Source: a virus. Taken from it: DNA of 64,000 nucleotides. Below the pieces are notes generated by a model. It saw only the letters and a program-made list of their open reading frames with translations, did no database searches and had not been told where the DNA came from. The translations under genes were made by a program, and so were the position numbers. How positions within the stretch are numbered: position 1 is the stretch's first letter; each line of letters opens with the position of its first letter. The stretch spans positions 26,792 to 90,791 of IMG/VR virus record IMGVR_UViG_3300041405_000166; one strand, written 5' to 3'. Shown here in pieces: positions 38,608 through 48,183 of the stretch.

Positions 38608-38857
38608 CCACCTACTTCGTGCAGCGCGATCGCTACCAGAATTATTGGGTGTGCGGCCTGTATCGCAAAGGTGATGAGCGCCGCGCCGAGTCCTACGTGG
38701 TATCGCTACAAGAAATCGCCACTGCGAACTATCCGCGCCATCTGGTGGAGCATGCCATCAAGGCAGTGGACGACGCCCTGGCGCGCTGGATCAATCAGCC
38801 GCTGTACCTCTGATACGAAAGCCCGGGTGACACCGGGCGATTTTTGAGAATGGACCC

Positions 38858-39580
38858 ATGGAATCAGTGAAGAAAAAACGCGACATGGATTATTGCTCGT
38901 ATGACCTGGGCGGGTTTGTTGGGACCCTTCCTGAGCACGCGGCGCGTCAGGGCTTGTCCGCTTCGACCGTGCGTTCGCGCAAAAAACGCGGGTGGAAACT
39001 GTCGGAAGCACTCGGCTATGTGAAACGCACCGGGCCGGACAATCCATCGATTCTGGTCGCGCCACGTCGCCTGGCCATCGAGATGAAATACGAAAAGCTG
39101 TTCGACGAAGTCCTGGCGGACCTGCAGGCCGAAGGCTTGTCGATCTGCGCAGCGGCGAAACGGCTCGACTATGATGAGCGCGCCCTGTATCGCTACCTGG
39201 CCAAGCGGCCAACCGATAACCCATGGTCGGAGACCACCTATTCGCCGGTGGCGGTGCGCTTCAAGAAAGCCAGCGGCATGACCATTGCTCAGTGGCTGGA
39301 GCTGCACGCGGCGAAGTACTCGCTGACGCAGGCGGCTTCCTTCCTTGGGTATTCGTCGATCACCACAATGCGCTCCTACCTGGTGGCCAATGGGTTGAAA
39401 CCGACGTTCCGCAAGCAGGGCAAGCACGCCGAGCACCGCGGCGCTATGCGCAACCTGACCGACCATGCAGCAGCAGCGGGCATCCCGATCGGGACCATCA
39501 GCGCCAGGATGCACCGCGGCATGACGTTGCACCAAGCATTGACCACTCCCGTTGCCAGGCCCAGGAGGAAAGCCCAATGA
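38858..39580 (+). CDS. multi-HTH DNA-binding protein
   Basis: Repeated TL.EHA...G....TV.SR..RGW.L..AL units plus two internal HTH-like segments. Confidence 0.7.
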   Translation: MESVKKKRDMDYCSYDLGGFVGTLPEHAARQGLSASTVRSRKKRGWKLSEALGYVKRTGPDNPSILVAPRRLAIEMKYEKLFDEVLADLQAEGLSICAAAKRLDYDERALYRYLAKRPTDNPWSETTYSPVAVRFKKASGMTIAQWLELHAAKYSLTQAASFLGYSSITTMRSYLVANGLKPTFRKQGKHAEHRGAMRNLTDHAAAAGIPIGTISARMHRGMTLHQALTTPVARPRRKAQ

Positions 39581-39957
39581 CCGTATCTGAAGACATCGCA
39601 GCGGCGCGAGCCCAGTACGAAGTCGCCCGCGCAGCCAAGACCGGTGAAGCCACCAACTGTCCGACCTGCAAGGTGCTGCTGATCAAGTCCAACTATCAGC
39701 AGGTGTTCTGTTCGAACTCGGGGGCGGGTAACTGCAAGGATCATTACTGGAACCTGTTGGCGCAGCGCAACCCACTGGTGCCGAAGGCGAAGCGGACCGC
39801 CCACGAGCATATGACGCGACAGCTGATCAAGCTGCGGCCTTTGGTGGTGGCGGCGATGACTGAGGATTCAACCAACGATGAGCAGGTCGATGGCCGTTGG
39901 GCGCAACTGCAAAAGCTGCTCGAGCGCGTCGAGGAGGTGATCAATGATCCTCGCTGA
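39577..39957 (+). CDS. zinc-finger protein
   Basis: CPTC...QVFC......CKD.YWN; GGAGG RBS. Confidence 0.65.
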   Translation: MTVSEDIAAARAQYEVARAAKTGEATNCPTCKVLLIKSNYQQVFCSNSGAGNCKDHYWNLLAQRNPLVPKAKRTAHEHMTRQLIKLRPLVVAAMTEDSTNDEQVDGRWAQLQKLLERVEEVINDPR

Positions 39958-40291
39958 TCCGATGAAGGTCGCCGATGAGTGCTGGGCCGGGCGGTTGCCG
40001 GTCCGTGACTTCCCGCCGGAGTGCAAGCGTGCGGCCTGGCGCCTGGTCGCCGACAAGGTTTGGCGGGCCGCGCGGGACATCCTGAAGAATGAGAAGGTGT
40101 TCCGGTTGCGGGCGCTGCGGGAGGGATACCACGAAGAGTTTCACGAGCTGATCAAAGCGGAGATGAAAATGCTGCACAGTTCGGGGTGGCAGTGGGAGAG
40201 GGATGAAAACAATCGCAAGCACTGGATACAGAAGGGTTTGGACCTGGCCTGCTCCCCCCCGCCCCCCGGGCCGGCTCCCGATCCATCGTGA
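39944..40291 (+). CDS. hypothetical protein
   Basis: GAGGAGG RBS, 115 aa. Confidence 0.6.
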   Translation: MILADPMKVADECWAGRLPVRDFPPECKRAAWRLVADKVWRAARDILKNEKVFRLRALREGYHEEFHELIKAEMKMLHSSGWQWERDENNRKHWIQKGLDLACSPPPPGPAPDPS

Positions 40292-40306
40292 CGCTATGCT
40301 GTCACC

Positions 40307-40368
40307 ACGTTGGCTGGAACGCCTCGACCCGCAACACCTTAACCGCCTTCCCCAGGGCGGTTTTTTTT
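40307..40368 (+). ncRNA. candidate ~60-nt small RNA
   Basis: TCGTGAC-GC-TATGCT promoter motif at 40286-40300, no ORF, CCGCC/GGCGG-T8 terminator. Confidence 0.45.
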
Positions 40369-40371
40369 GGC

Positions 40372-41301
40372 CTATGAAACGCGGGTGACCGTCGCGTCGT
40401 TGCCGGCGGCGACAACCTTGAACTTCTTCCCGTTGCGGATCCCGTAGCTGTAAATGATGCTGCGCAACAGGGACATAGAGGTAAAATCGGCTTTCGGGAT
40501 CAGCACGGACTGGTCGACGTCGATCAGGTGATAAGCCTTCGGAGCCAGCTTGCCAGGCTCATTATCCGCGCTGTTCTTCTTTTTGGTGATGGTCTGTTTT
40601 GCCAGTAACTTGGACAGCTCGCCGGCTTCACGGGGGTTGAGCTGGGTTGGCTTGAGCGCGCGCAGCGTGAGTTTCAACCCCTCATAAGTGGCAGTCACCC
40701 GTGCGATGGTGGCCCGCTCCTTCTGCCACTCTTTGGCGAAGTGGAACACGTTCTGGATGGCGTCGACGTCGCGCAGCTTGAAGAAGTACACCTTGCCCGA
40801 TTCCATGGCGTCGAGCTGCTCATAGGTCCAGGCTTTCATATGGTCGTAATAGGTGCCGAGCGGGACCTTGTACATCATCTGGAACGTGCCGTGGTGGTCC
40901 CTTTCGGTACGGGCCACCACTTCACCGCCGAAGGCTACCGGGTCCTTCCAGCAGGATTTTCTGAGCATGTCGGCCACCTGGAAGTCACCCATCACCCTGA
41001 CTTTTGTCCATGGTTTGATCGATCGTGGATCGGTCGTGCCACCCATTTCGACAGATGGTTGATCCTCGAACGGGCCCTGGTCGAAAACTGAATGGGGACA
41101 TTCGAAGACCTTTTCGGGCTTTTCGGCGTTTGGATTTTGCGGTCTGAACATGAGTGCGGCCTTTTTTGGCGAAGTCGACGTATACATTTTCGTGCTCCAA
41201 AATTGTAGATGAGGATGCTGGGCCTGTATATGCTCCTTGGCCTTTTTCGCCCCGCGGACCCCGAAAATCGATGGAAAACCCGGTAGATTTTGGTCTGTCA
41301 T
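40372..41301 (-). CDS. hypothetical basic protein next to the origin-like region
   Basis: 309-aa solitary - strand ORF. Confidence 0.65.
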   Translation of the reverse strand: MTDQNLPGFPSIFGVRGAKKAKEHIQAQHPHLQFWSTKMYTSTSPKKAALMFRPQNPNAEKPEKVFECPHSVFDQGPFEDQPSVEMGGTTDPRSIKPWTKVRVMGDFQVADMLRKSCWKDPVAFGGEVVARTERDHHGTFQMMYKVPLGTYYDHMKAWTYEQLDAMESGKVYFFKLRDVDAIQNVFHFAKEWQKERATIARVTATYEGLKLTLRALKPTQLNPREAGELSKLLAKQTITKKKNSADNEPGKLAPKAYHLIDVDQSVLIPKADFTSMSLLRSIIYSYGIRNGKKFKVVAAGNDATVTRVS

Positions 41302-41315
41302 TTTCGGATGGCGCG

Positions 41316-41560
41316 TAAGTGATTGATTTTACTGCATAACAAAATGACGCAACAACGCTCCAAAGAGAGAGGCACCCCTAGAGAGATATAGGGTTAGCTA
41401 CTGTATACCCTATATAGACATATACGGTTATAGAGAGAACCATAGGGGTATATAATAATAAATAAATGTTTAAATAGTTATATTATATATATAAGACCCT
41501 GATTTCATTGGACTTTTCCCTATAACATTTCAACAAACAATCGACTGTCAGACCTATTTC
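41316..41560. other. AT-rich non-coding region, candidate replication origin
   Basis: Long AT tract at about 41447-41494 in a GC-rich genome; CCCTAT/ATAGGG short repeats; IHF consensus at 41316-41328 and a near-match at 41492-41504. Confidence 0.55.
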
Positions 41561-41662
41561 ACGTTACAGGGCCATTTTTCGCTACCAATCAGGTTCAACC
41601 CACTGGTTTTTGTGTACGGATCCTTTACACTTCGTCTGGCGGATCCAATCACGACGAGTGCC

Positions 41663-42223
41663 ATGAACCAGACCATCGAGCTGATCGAGTACACCGAATT
41701 CCCCGGAGCACCGGGTAAGTACTTCGTCTGCCCTCGAATGCCAGGCAACGCCACGCTGTCCACAACCGCCTGTGCCAGCCAGTTCACCGTCGCCCGATAC
41801 GCCAGGCAGGATGAGGAACGGGATACCCGCCACTACTGCCGCAACTGCCCCACCGGTGCCAAACACGCCGGGATCGATGACTTCGTGCCCAGGACCCAAT
41901 TCCAGGAGTCCACCGAATGCGTCCGATGCGGCAACACCGGCAGACGACTCATTCGAGGCTGTGTCTGCGTCAGCTGCTACAACCGTGAACTCGAAGTACT
42001 CAAGGGTTCCAACGCCAAAGGCACCAAGCCCATTCGATGCGCCATCGTCTACCCCATGCAAGCCATGGTTCGAGACGGCAAACGCAAAGCCAAAATCCAA
42101 CTCTTCGTCGCCACCGGCATGCTTGAAGTAATTCTAGCCGCTGCCAAGCGATCCAAGGATCGAGCCGTCGTCGGATTTCGAGGCAAAGTCCGCCCCTACG
42201 CCATCCAGCTGAGTCTGTTCTGA
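41663..42223 (+). CDS. Cys-rich multi zinc-finger protein
   Basis: C..C/CRNC/CVRC/CVSC. Confidence 0.7.
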   Translation: MNQTIELIEYTEFPGAPGKYFVCPRMPGNATLSTTACASQFTVARYARQDEERDTRHYCRNCPTGAKHAGIDDFVPRTQFQESTECVRCGNTGRRLIRGCVCVSCYNRELEVLKGSNAKGTKPIRCAIVYPMQAMVRDGKRKAKIQLFVATGMLEVILAAAKRSKDRAVVGFRGKVRPYAIQLSLF

Positions 42224-42462
42224 TGACCGAACCGAAGTACGCGCTGACCAACCACTGCTGCAAACTCTGCTTAGGTCGAATCCTCTTCGACGGCACGCTA
42301 CACCGCTGCTCAAACTGCGGTGTGGAGTCGTCAGTGGGTCATGAGGGGATCTGCGCCTGTGGGGCAACGATGAAGTCAGGAAGGAACGCCAGGCTTCGTT
42401 GTGCGCTGAACAACAAGCGTGATACCAGCTTCCCTGGCGAAGTCGTGGTGGAACAAGTATGA
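42223..42462 (+). CDS. small zinc-finger protein
   Basis: HCCKLC.GR...CSNC...CAC. Confidence 0.65.
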   Translation: MTEPKYALTNHCCKLCLGRILFDGTLHRCSNCGVESSVGHEGICACGATMKSGRNARLRCALNNKRDTSFPGEVVVEQV

Positions 42463-42989
42463 GTGGAATCGGCATGTACAAGCGTCCCGAGGCTGGCGAT
42501 GACCAACCGTTGGCCATCTTCAAACGGCTCATCGTCGAGTGCGAAGAGCTGCATTTCCTCCAGACATGGGAAGTCGACGTTGAGTTCCTGCTACGGACGG
42601 ATGCGTTGGTGATGGGCGGACGAACGGTGGAAGGGCAATGTCATATGCCGAAGGTCCAAGGCATGCTGAAGAACTTCTTCCTGTGGATGCTCGAGGAAAT
42701 GTTCGGTCGGGTTCCTGACTTCCTGGTCACGCTGGATGCAGAGCTGTGGGAAGCGTACACGCCGAAGGAGAGAGAGATTCTCATCTACCACGAAACCTGT
42801 CACATGCAGCTGAAAACCAACGCTGAAGACGAACCGATGATCGATGACGAAACGGGAAAAGCGCGCTGGTCCCTCCGTGGACACGACGTCGAAGAATTTA
42901 TCGCGACGGTGCATAGGTACGGTGCCTATCGGTCAGATATCCAGGCTTTTGTCGACGCAGCCTCTGGACATAACAACGAAAAAGCCTGA
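42459..42989 (+). CDS. phage putative metallopeptidase
   Basis: HETCH (HExxH) and HDVEEF...V.RYG. Confidence 0.8.
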   Translation: MSGIGMYKRPEAGDDQPLAIFKRLIVECEELHFLQTWEVDVEFLLRTDALVMGGRTVEGQCHMPKVQGMLKNFFLWMLEEMFGRVPDFLVTLDAELWEAYTPKEREILIYHETCHMQLKTNAEDEPMIDDETGKARWSLRGHDVEEFIATVHRYGAYRSDIQAFVDAASGHNNEKA

Positions 42990-43033
42990 TAGTTGCAGCT
43001 GAGAATGTATATTTAAATGACCGGGATGCGATA

Positions 43034-43633
43034 ATGGCTGTTATGAACAGGGCTCAAGTCCGACAGCAGGCTTTCGTGGAAATCTCCAAGCTTCTGGCGG
43101 CTGGAGATGAGGATGGTCTCAAAAAACTGAGAGAGAATTATCACGGAGTCCCAATTGCTTCGTGGTATCGCTGGATCCACTCGGTCAAAGAGTTGATCGG
43201 CCACGTCGATCAGAAGACCCAGCGGCTTACTGAGTCCGCTGCCATCGCACTGGAAGTCGGCGAGCACCTGCCGGCCGCCCCATCGCCCGATTACGTGGGC
43301 AAGCCTGGCGCCGCGGGCAACATGGATTTCATGCAGCGCCTCGAATCTCTGTACCAGGACGCCGAGACGCTGCGCAAGTTCTCGATGGACGACAAAACCG
43401 GCCGCATCAAACTCCCGAAATACCTCACGCAGTCCGTATCGCTGCGCCAGAAGCTGCTGGAAACCGCGCTGAAGGCCATGCAGGAAGTCTGGGACCTGCG
43501 CCGCATGCAAGCGTTCTACGACAGCGTACTCGAGGAAATCGCCAAGGAATCCCCCGAGGTCGCCATGCGCATCATGGAGCGGCTGAAGAAACTGAATTCT
43601 GAAATCGGCATGACGTTCGAAGCGAGGATGTGA
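43034..43633 (+). CDS. terminase small subunit candidate
   Basis: N-terminal HTH-like segment plus helical oligomerisation-like C-terminus; first plausible candidate upstream of terL. Confidence 0.4.
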   Translation: MAVMNRAQVRQQAFVEISKLLAAGDEDGLKKLRENYHGVPIASWYRWIHSVKELIGHVDQKTQRLTESAAIALEVGEHLPAAPSPDYVGKPGAAGNMDFMQRLESLYQDAETLRKFSMDDKTGRIKLPKYLTQSVSLRQKLLETALKAMQEVWDLRRMQAFYDSVLEEIAKESPEVAMRIMERLKKLNSEIGMTFEARM

Positions 43634-43854
43634 TGGGAAAAATCGTGGATTTCTTTGGTGCGCTCTGCGCTCGACGCCAGGCGGATGAAAAACAAACACT
43701 GAGCCACGAGCGCATCGAGTACGTGCGCCAGCTGGTCGGCTGCGAGTTGTACAACCGTGCCGAGGGGATGCCGGTTAGCGACGTGTTGGCCGCTCTGGAT
43801 CTGATCCGCGCCGATGTACAACGCCATGCAATCACCGGTGGCCGTATCGTATGA
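43630..43854 (+). CDS. hypothetical protein
   Basis: Coupled ORF. Confidence 0.5.
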   Translation: MMGKIVDFFGALCARRQADEKQTLSHERIEYVRQLVGCELYNRAEGMPVSDVLAALDLIRADVQRHAITGGRIV

Positions 43855-44048
43855 GCCGCGCCAGCGAGTCACGCCGTCAGGCCATCCGTCTGGTCAACGC
43901 ACTCAAGAACGAAGGCCACGAGTGCAGCTTAGAAATCAACGAGCAGGGTATGCCGCAAATCAACATCATCGAGCACGTAGAGCGGCCCGTTGAGTTCATC
44001 ACGTTCGAAATTAGGCTCGGCGACGTCGCCGGCCGCCTGGGGGAATAA
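43851..44048 (+). CDS. hypothetical protein
   Basis: Coupled ORF. Confidence 0.5.
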   Translation: MSRASESRRQAIRLVNALKNEGHECSLEINEQGMPQINIIEHVERPVEFITFEIRLGDVAGRLGE

Positions 44049-44052
44049 ATCT

Positions 44053-44616
44053 GTGAACAACTACCCGAAGTACAAGTGCCACAAGGTCGTCTCAGCGTTC
44101 AAGATCCTGCGCGTTGGCGATGGCCAGCTGTCGTTCAGCGAGGGCAATCACCCAATCTGGAACCTTTGGCCGGTTGATCATGACCTTGATCCGGTCGAAG
44201 TGTCAGCCGCCTGGATGGAGAAAAACAAAGTGGATGCTGGCGGCTACTACGTGCTGTACGAAGACGGCTATGCGAGCTTCTCGCCGGCAAAGGCTTTCGA
44301 GGACGGTTACACGAAGGTCAAACAGGACTCGAAGTTCGACAAAATAATGCGCCGCGTCGCCCTGGGCCTAATCTACGCCGCGATCGCCGCCGGTGTCGGC
44401 CTGCTGTTCGGAAACGTCTACGATCGATTCAAGGAGCCAGGCAGCTATTCGTTCGTTAACGAAGTCACCGGCGCAACCTGCATCGTCCTGGTCGACAAAG
44501 GTCAGCGCGTCATGAGCTGCATGCCGGCTTCGCCGAAACCAGCCGTCCCCGAAACCACCCACACCACCATCACCATCAAGGGCGACGACCTGCTGTTTCC
44601 GGAGAGCCGGACATGA
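44053..44616 (+). CDS. phage protein with GYYV.YEDGY.SFSP domain fused to a TM anchor
   Basis: YKCHKVV.A.KI...GGYYVLYEDGYASFSPAKAFEDGY followed by a hydrophobic helix. Confidence 0.65.
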   Translation: MNNYPKYKCHKVVSAFKILRVGDGQLSFSEGNHPIWNLWPVDHDLDPVEVSAAWMEKNKVDAGGYYVLYEDGYASFSPAKAFEDGYTKVKQDSKFDKIMRRVALGLIYAAIAAGVGLLFGNVYDRFKEPGSYSFVNEVTGATCIVLVDKGQRVMSCMPASPKPAVPETTHTTITIKGDDLLFPESRT

Positions 44617-45014
44617 ACACCTGGAACTCTCCCGAGGAGATGCTTCGAATGCTGCCGCTGGTGATTTTTGCCATGGCGATGATGTGGGATAACTGGCGCC
44701 TGCGGAAAAGGAACAACACTCAAAGCGAATCAATCTGCCGGCTGCTGAGCCAGGTTAAAACCCTGCAGGCCCATCCAGACAGCTGGCAATCGGGATATGA
44801 CGCCGGGCGCAAGATGGGGAGTAAGACCGAAGTCGCCAAGGCCTACCAACTCGATCGCGTGTACAAGGGCGCCGAGGAGGATCGCGCCAGACTCGACAGC
44901 GGCATGATCATCATCACCGGGCGCGACGAGTTCGGCGAGACAACCAGAACCCACGCCCGCGGCCTGAACCTGCGCCAGCTGATCGATGAAGCGATCGAGG
45001 AGCACAAGTTGTGA
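44613..45014 (+). CDS. hypothetical protein with N-terminal TM
   Basis: Coupled ORF. Confidence 0.55.
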   Translation: MNTWNSPEEMLRMLPLVIFAMAMMWDNWRLRKRNNTQSESICRLLSQVKTLQAHPDSWQSGYDAGRKMGSKTEVAKAYQLDRVYKGAEEDRARLDSGMIIITGRDEFGETTRTHARGLNLRQLIDEAIEEHKL

Positions 45015-45910
45015 CTGGATCAATCCATATCCACGCGCCAGGCGGTGTGTACATCGCCCAGGTGCGCCGTTTGTTCGAACGCAAATGGACCCAGGTCGGC
45101 GGTAACTTCGCAGAAAAGGGCCGAGCTCAAAGCACTGCCGCGGGCAACATGATCGGAGACTTCAAGCGCGCTCGCGTGCTGTTCTGCGCCGAGTGGTATG
45201 ACCCGATCGTCGTCATGGAGGCTTCGCTATGAACCGTGCTAACCCAAAAGACCTGCGCGTGGCGATCGAAGTCGCGCAGACCTACCTGAAGGCCGGCATT
45301 CTGTTCGTGGCCGTGCCTGTGCTGCACGCTGCCGACCATAAAGCGCTGATAATGCAATCTGCTGAGCGCCTGGAAAAGATTGCAACAGCTGTTGAAGCTC
45401 AGGAGCAACGCCCATGAGTATTGCCCCATTCAGCCAGGTACGTCACAACCTGATGACACGCCCGGGTTATACGCCGTACTGCGGTGGTGAGCGCTGCTCG
45501 ACCATGCCACGCACCAGCTGGACTGGCACGCAGTTCCGCTGTGGCCGCTGCGGTTGGGTGTCCGCCTTCCCGGCCGACTTCATCGCCGAGTACAAAACCC
45601 ATTGGGGGAAGCCATGAACAACGACGCCACGAAGCAAGTCATGGCCGAGATATCCGCACGGGTCTTTGAGGCTATCGGGCCGAACATGGTCGATACGCCT
45701 GAAGCACGCGAGGCGATTATCAAAGCCGTCAACAAGATGATTGACGCCTACGAACACACGCCGTTCGACTACAAGGTCGAGTGCAGCGCGGATCTCGACA
45801 GCCACACGCTGCATCTGTCCTTTCGCATGCCGCCGGGCTTCTACACGAAAGAGCAGATCGACGAGCTCCGTGATGCTGGCGCAATCATTGAGGAGGTGGT
45901 TGGTGAATAA
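45011..45910 (+). other. run of four small coupled hypothetical genes (45011-45232, 45229-45417, 45414-45617, 45614-45910)
   Basis: Successive ATGA/GTGA overlaps; the third gene has a Zn ribbon. Confidence 0.55.
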
Positions 45911-46289
45911 CCTGACGGAACTGAAAACATCCGAGCTAGACGGCGCCGCCCTGGACTGGGCTGTCGGCCGGGCCGCTGGTGTCGACTTCGGGCCCGACTC
46001 GCTGCAGTCGCCGCGTGGAGTGATCACCGGCGGTTACCAAGGTCGGCCGCGCATGCACTGGTCGCCAAGGCAGTATTGGGCGCAGCTTGGGCCGCTGTTG
46101 AAGGCGCACTGCATCAGCTTGTTGGATGCTGGTGCAGTGGGGATCGGCCAGAACTACGCAGCCAGGGCAAGCGATTCGATGGGCGTGTACCAGCACCCGA
46201 CCGATCCGATGTTGGCAGCCTGCCGCGCCATCGCCGGCCGCCACTTCGGCGACACCGTCGGAATCCCCACCTACCTGCTCGAGGCCTGA
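45903..46289 (+). CDS. NinX/DUF2591-like protein
   Basis: KTSELDGAALDWAV...WSP...WAQ.GPL...AACRAI. Confidence 0.7.
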   Translation: MNNLTELKTSELDGAALDWAVGRAAGVDFGPDSLQSPRGVITGGYQGRPRMHWSPRQYWAQLGPLLKAHCISLLDAGAVGIGQNYAARASDSMGVYQHPTDPMLAACRAIAGRHFGDTVGIPTYLLEA

Positions 46290-46292
46290 CCG

Positions 46293-46697
46293 ATGTCCGC
46301 TGAAATGGTCGCTGTGAAAATCTCAAGGCTGGAAGGCAAGGCGCTGGACTATGCGACGGCCCAAGCTGCCGGTGAAGAATACTCGCGGATCTGTAGCGAT
46401 TATGGCGACGTGAACTCTGTTTACACTGAGCTCTTTGAGCCATCTACCGATTGGGCAGTGTGCGGCCCACTGATCATCGAACTGCGCATGACCTTCGCCA
46501 CCTTCGGCACCGGGCCGATCATCAACGGCAAGGAGCACATCTACCCGATCATCGCCATCCCTGGGATCCGCGGAAAATACCACGCCTCCGAAGGCTCCAC
46601 CCACCTGATAGCCGCCTGCCGCTGTTACGTCCTGGCGAAAATGTCGATGGACGCCGACGGCGAAGTCATGGTCCCCGTTTCACTCGTGACTCAATGA
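46293..46697 (+). CDS. NinX/DUF2591-like protein (tandem paralogue)
   Basis: LEGKALDYA...PSTDWA.CGPLI...LIAACRC.V. Confidence 0.7.
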   Translation: MSAEMVAVKISRLEGKALDYATAQAAGEEYSRICSDYGDVNSVYTELFEPSTDWAVCGPLIIELRMTFATFGTGPIINGKEHIYPIIAIPGIRGKYHASEGSTHLIAACRCYVLAKMSMDADGEVMVPVSLVTQ

Positions 46698-46736
46698 TCA
46701 GACCTCACTGGCGCAACACCCTTCGAGGTCGTCAAT

Positions 46737-46793
46737 ATGCTGCTCGCATTTGCTTGGTTCGGTTACACCTACGTCTACCGCTTCGGTCGCTGA
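46737..46793 (+). CDS. 18-aa hydrophobic peptide (not in ORF track)
   Basis: MLLAFAWFGYTYVYRFGR*, GAGGT RBS, downstream of the TCGTGAC motif at 46684. Confidence 0.4.
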   Translation: MLLAFAWFGYTYVYRFGR

Positions 46794-46804
46794 GGGATCA
46801 CACC

Positions 46805-47164
46805 ATGACCGCTTTGAATAACGCGCTCGCCAATGTTCCATCGTCTGGCTACGTCTATCCTGAGCAGCGCCCGCTGCAAACCATGAAGCATTGGCCTGGG
46901 CTCGAAGGGCTGAGCGTCGCCGGTGATTCGATCCTGGCCGCGGCCGTGCTGGAAGGTGGCACCATTTTCTGGTGTGCCAAACCGTGTCGACACCATCACG
47001 TCATCGCCGCCAAGTGGCGCACCGATGAAGCCGGTTTCGGTGCCAATGCCGTGCAAGGCTTCCTGACCAAAAATGGCCGCTTCCTGGATCGATCAGAAGC
47101 GTACAAACTCGCCAGCGGTAGCGAATCAGCTGCAGGCGAGCTGACCACCGAGCAACTCTGGTAA
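46805..47164 (+). CDS. conserved phage hypothetical protein
   Basis: RHH...QGFLT..GRF.DR.EA...L.TE.LW. Confidence 0.65.
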   Translation: MTALNNALANVPSSGYVYPEQRPLQTMKHWPGLEGLSVAGDSILAAAVLEGGTIFWCAKPCRHHHVIAAKWRTDEAGFGANAVQGFLTKNGRFLDRSEAYKLASGSESAAGELTTEQLW

Positions 47165-47213
47165 CCAACACGCTGCACCGCGCAATCACGCGCACATAAC
47201 AGGGGAAACACCG

Positions 47214-47522
47214 ATGAATCTTTCGCTCAAACCAGGCGACAGCATGCACAGCGGCACCGACGTCGTTGAAAAGCCGTACTCCGAGATCCGTGATTACGTC
47301 GCGCAGCTGGAGCGGCAGACCGATCGCATGAACGCCATCATGCAGAATCTGTACTCGCTCTTGGAGCCAGTGCTAATGCCGAGTCCGCCAACCGACGGAT
47401 CCAAAGCAGGTCTTTCTGTGGCCCCGTCGACCAAGCTCGGTAAAGAGCTGGCCAATATCCTGCACGCCAATGACGCCACCGCGGCGCAATTGAGCGAACT
47501 GCTCGACCGCATCCACTGCTGA
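47214..47522 (+). CDS. hypothetical coiled-coil protein
   Basis: AGGGG RBS. Confidence 0.55.
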   Translation: MNLSLKPGDSMHSGTDVVEKPYSEIRDYVAQLERQTDRMNAIMQNLYSLLEPVLMPSPPTDGSKAGLSVAPSTKLGKELANILHANDATAAQLSELLDRIHC

Positions 47523-47557
47523 CCACTCCGCGCCAGGGACGGCGCCACCTATTCGAG
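47523..47557 (+). promoter_or_regulatory. GGA-loop hairpin leader, copy 1
   Basis: CCACTC..GCGCC-AGGGAC-GGCGC..ACCTATTCGAG. Confidence 0.55.
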
Positions 47558-47566
47558 GCAATACCG

Positions 47567-48145
47567 ATGTCGATCAATGAAACCAATGTGAATCAAGCCA
47601 ATTCGTTAGCGCATGCAGCCGCTAGCCTGTCGCAGACTTTCGGCTTACTGAGCAGCTCGGCGAGCACGAAGCTTGCTGTCGAGGTGCTGATCAGCCGGCT
47701 GTCCGCTGTCGCCACTGGCCTGCTGGCTGAGCCAGTCAAGGAAACGGTGGCCGGTCCGTTCCACACCTTGGACGAAGACTTTGACCACTTCGTGGCCTAC
47801 AGCGGATTCCACAACGAGTCGGCCGATGTCCTGGCCAAGATCAAAATCGCCTACGCGGAAAACTGGAAGCCGCACAGCAAACTGCCGGTGAGCACGGCGC
47901 CGGCCGGCGATGAGGTGATCGTCAACATCGAAACAACGCCAGGTCTGACGGTGGACAAACTCGAAGACCTGTCGACGCTCGAAGCCTACTTCGTCCGCGC
48001 GGCCGCACAGAACATCATCGACTTCACGCTCCGCTGCACCCACCACCAAGAAGGTGAAGGTGCACATTTTTACATCCATCCTGCCAATATCAGCGGCGAG
48101 ACGTTACAATTCGTCGTGCGCGAAAACCTGCTGCGCAACGTCTGA
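47567..48145 (+). CDS. hypothetical protein
   Basis: 192 aa, GAGG RBS. Confidence 0.6.
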   Translation: MSINETNVNQANSLAHAAASLSQTFGLLSSSASTKLAVEVLISRLSAVATGLLAEPVKETVAGPFHTLDEDFDHFVAYSGFHNESADVLAKIKIAYAENWKPHSKLPVSTAPAGDEVIVNIETTPGLTVDKLEDLSTLEAYFVRAAAQNIIDFTLRCTHHQEGEGAHFYIHPANISGETLQFVVRENLLRNV

Positions 48146-48146
48146 C

Positions 48147-48176
48147 CCACTCGCCAAGGACGGCGACCTATTCGAG
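48147..48176 (+). promoter_or_regulatory. GGA-loop hairpin leader, copy 2
   Basis: CCAC-TCGCC-AAGGAC-GGCGA-CCTATTCGAG. Confidence 0.55.
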
Positions 48177-48183
48177 AACGGCC

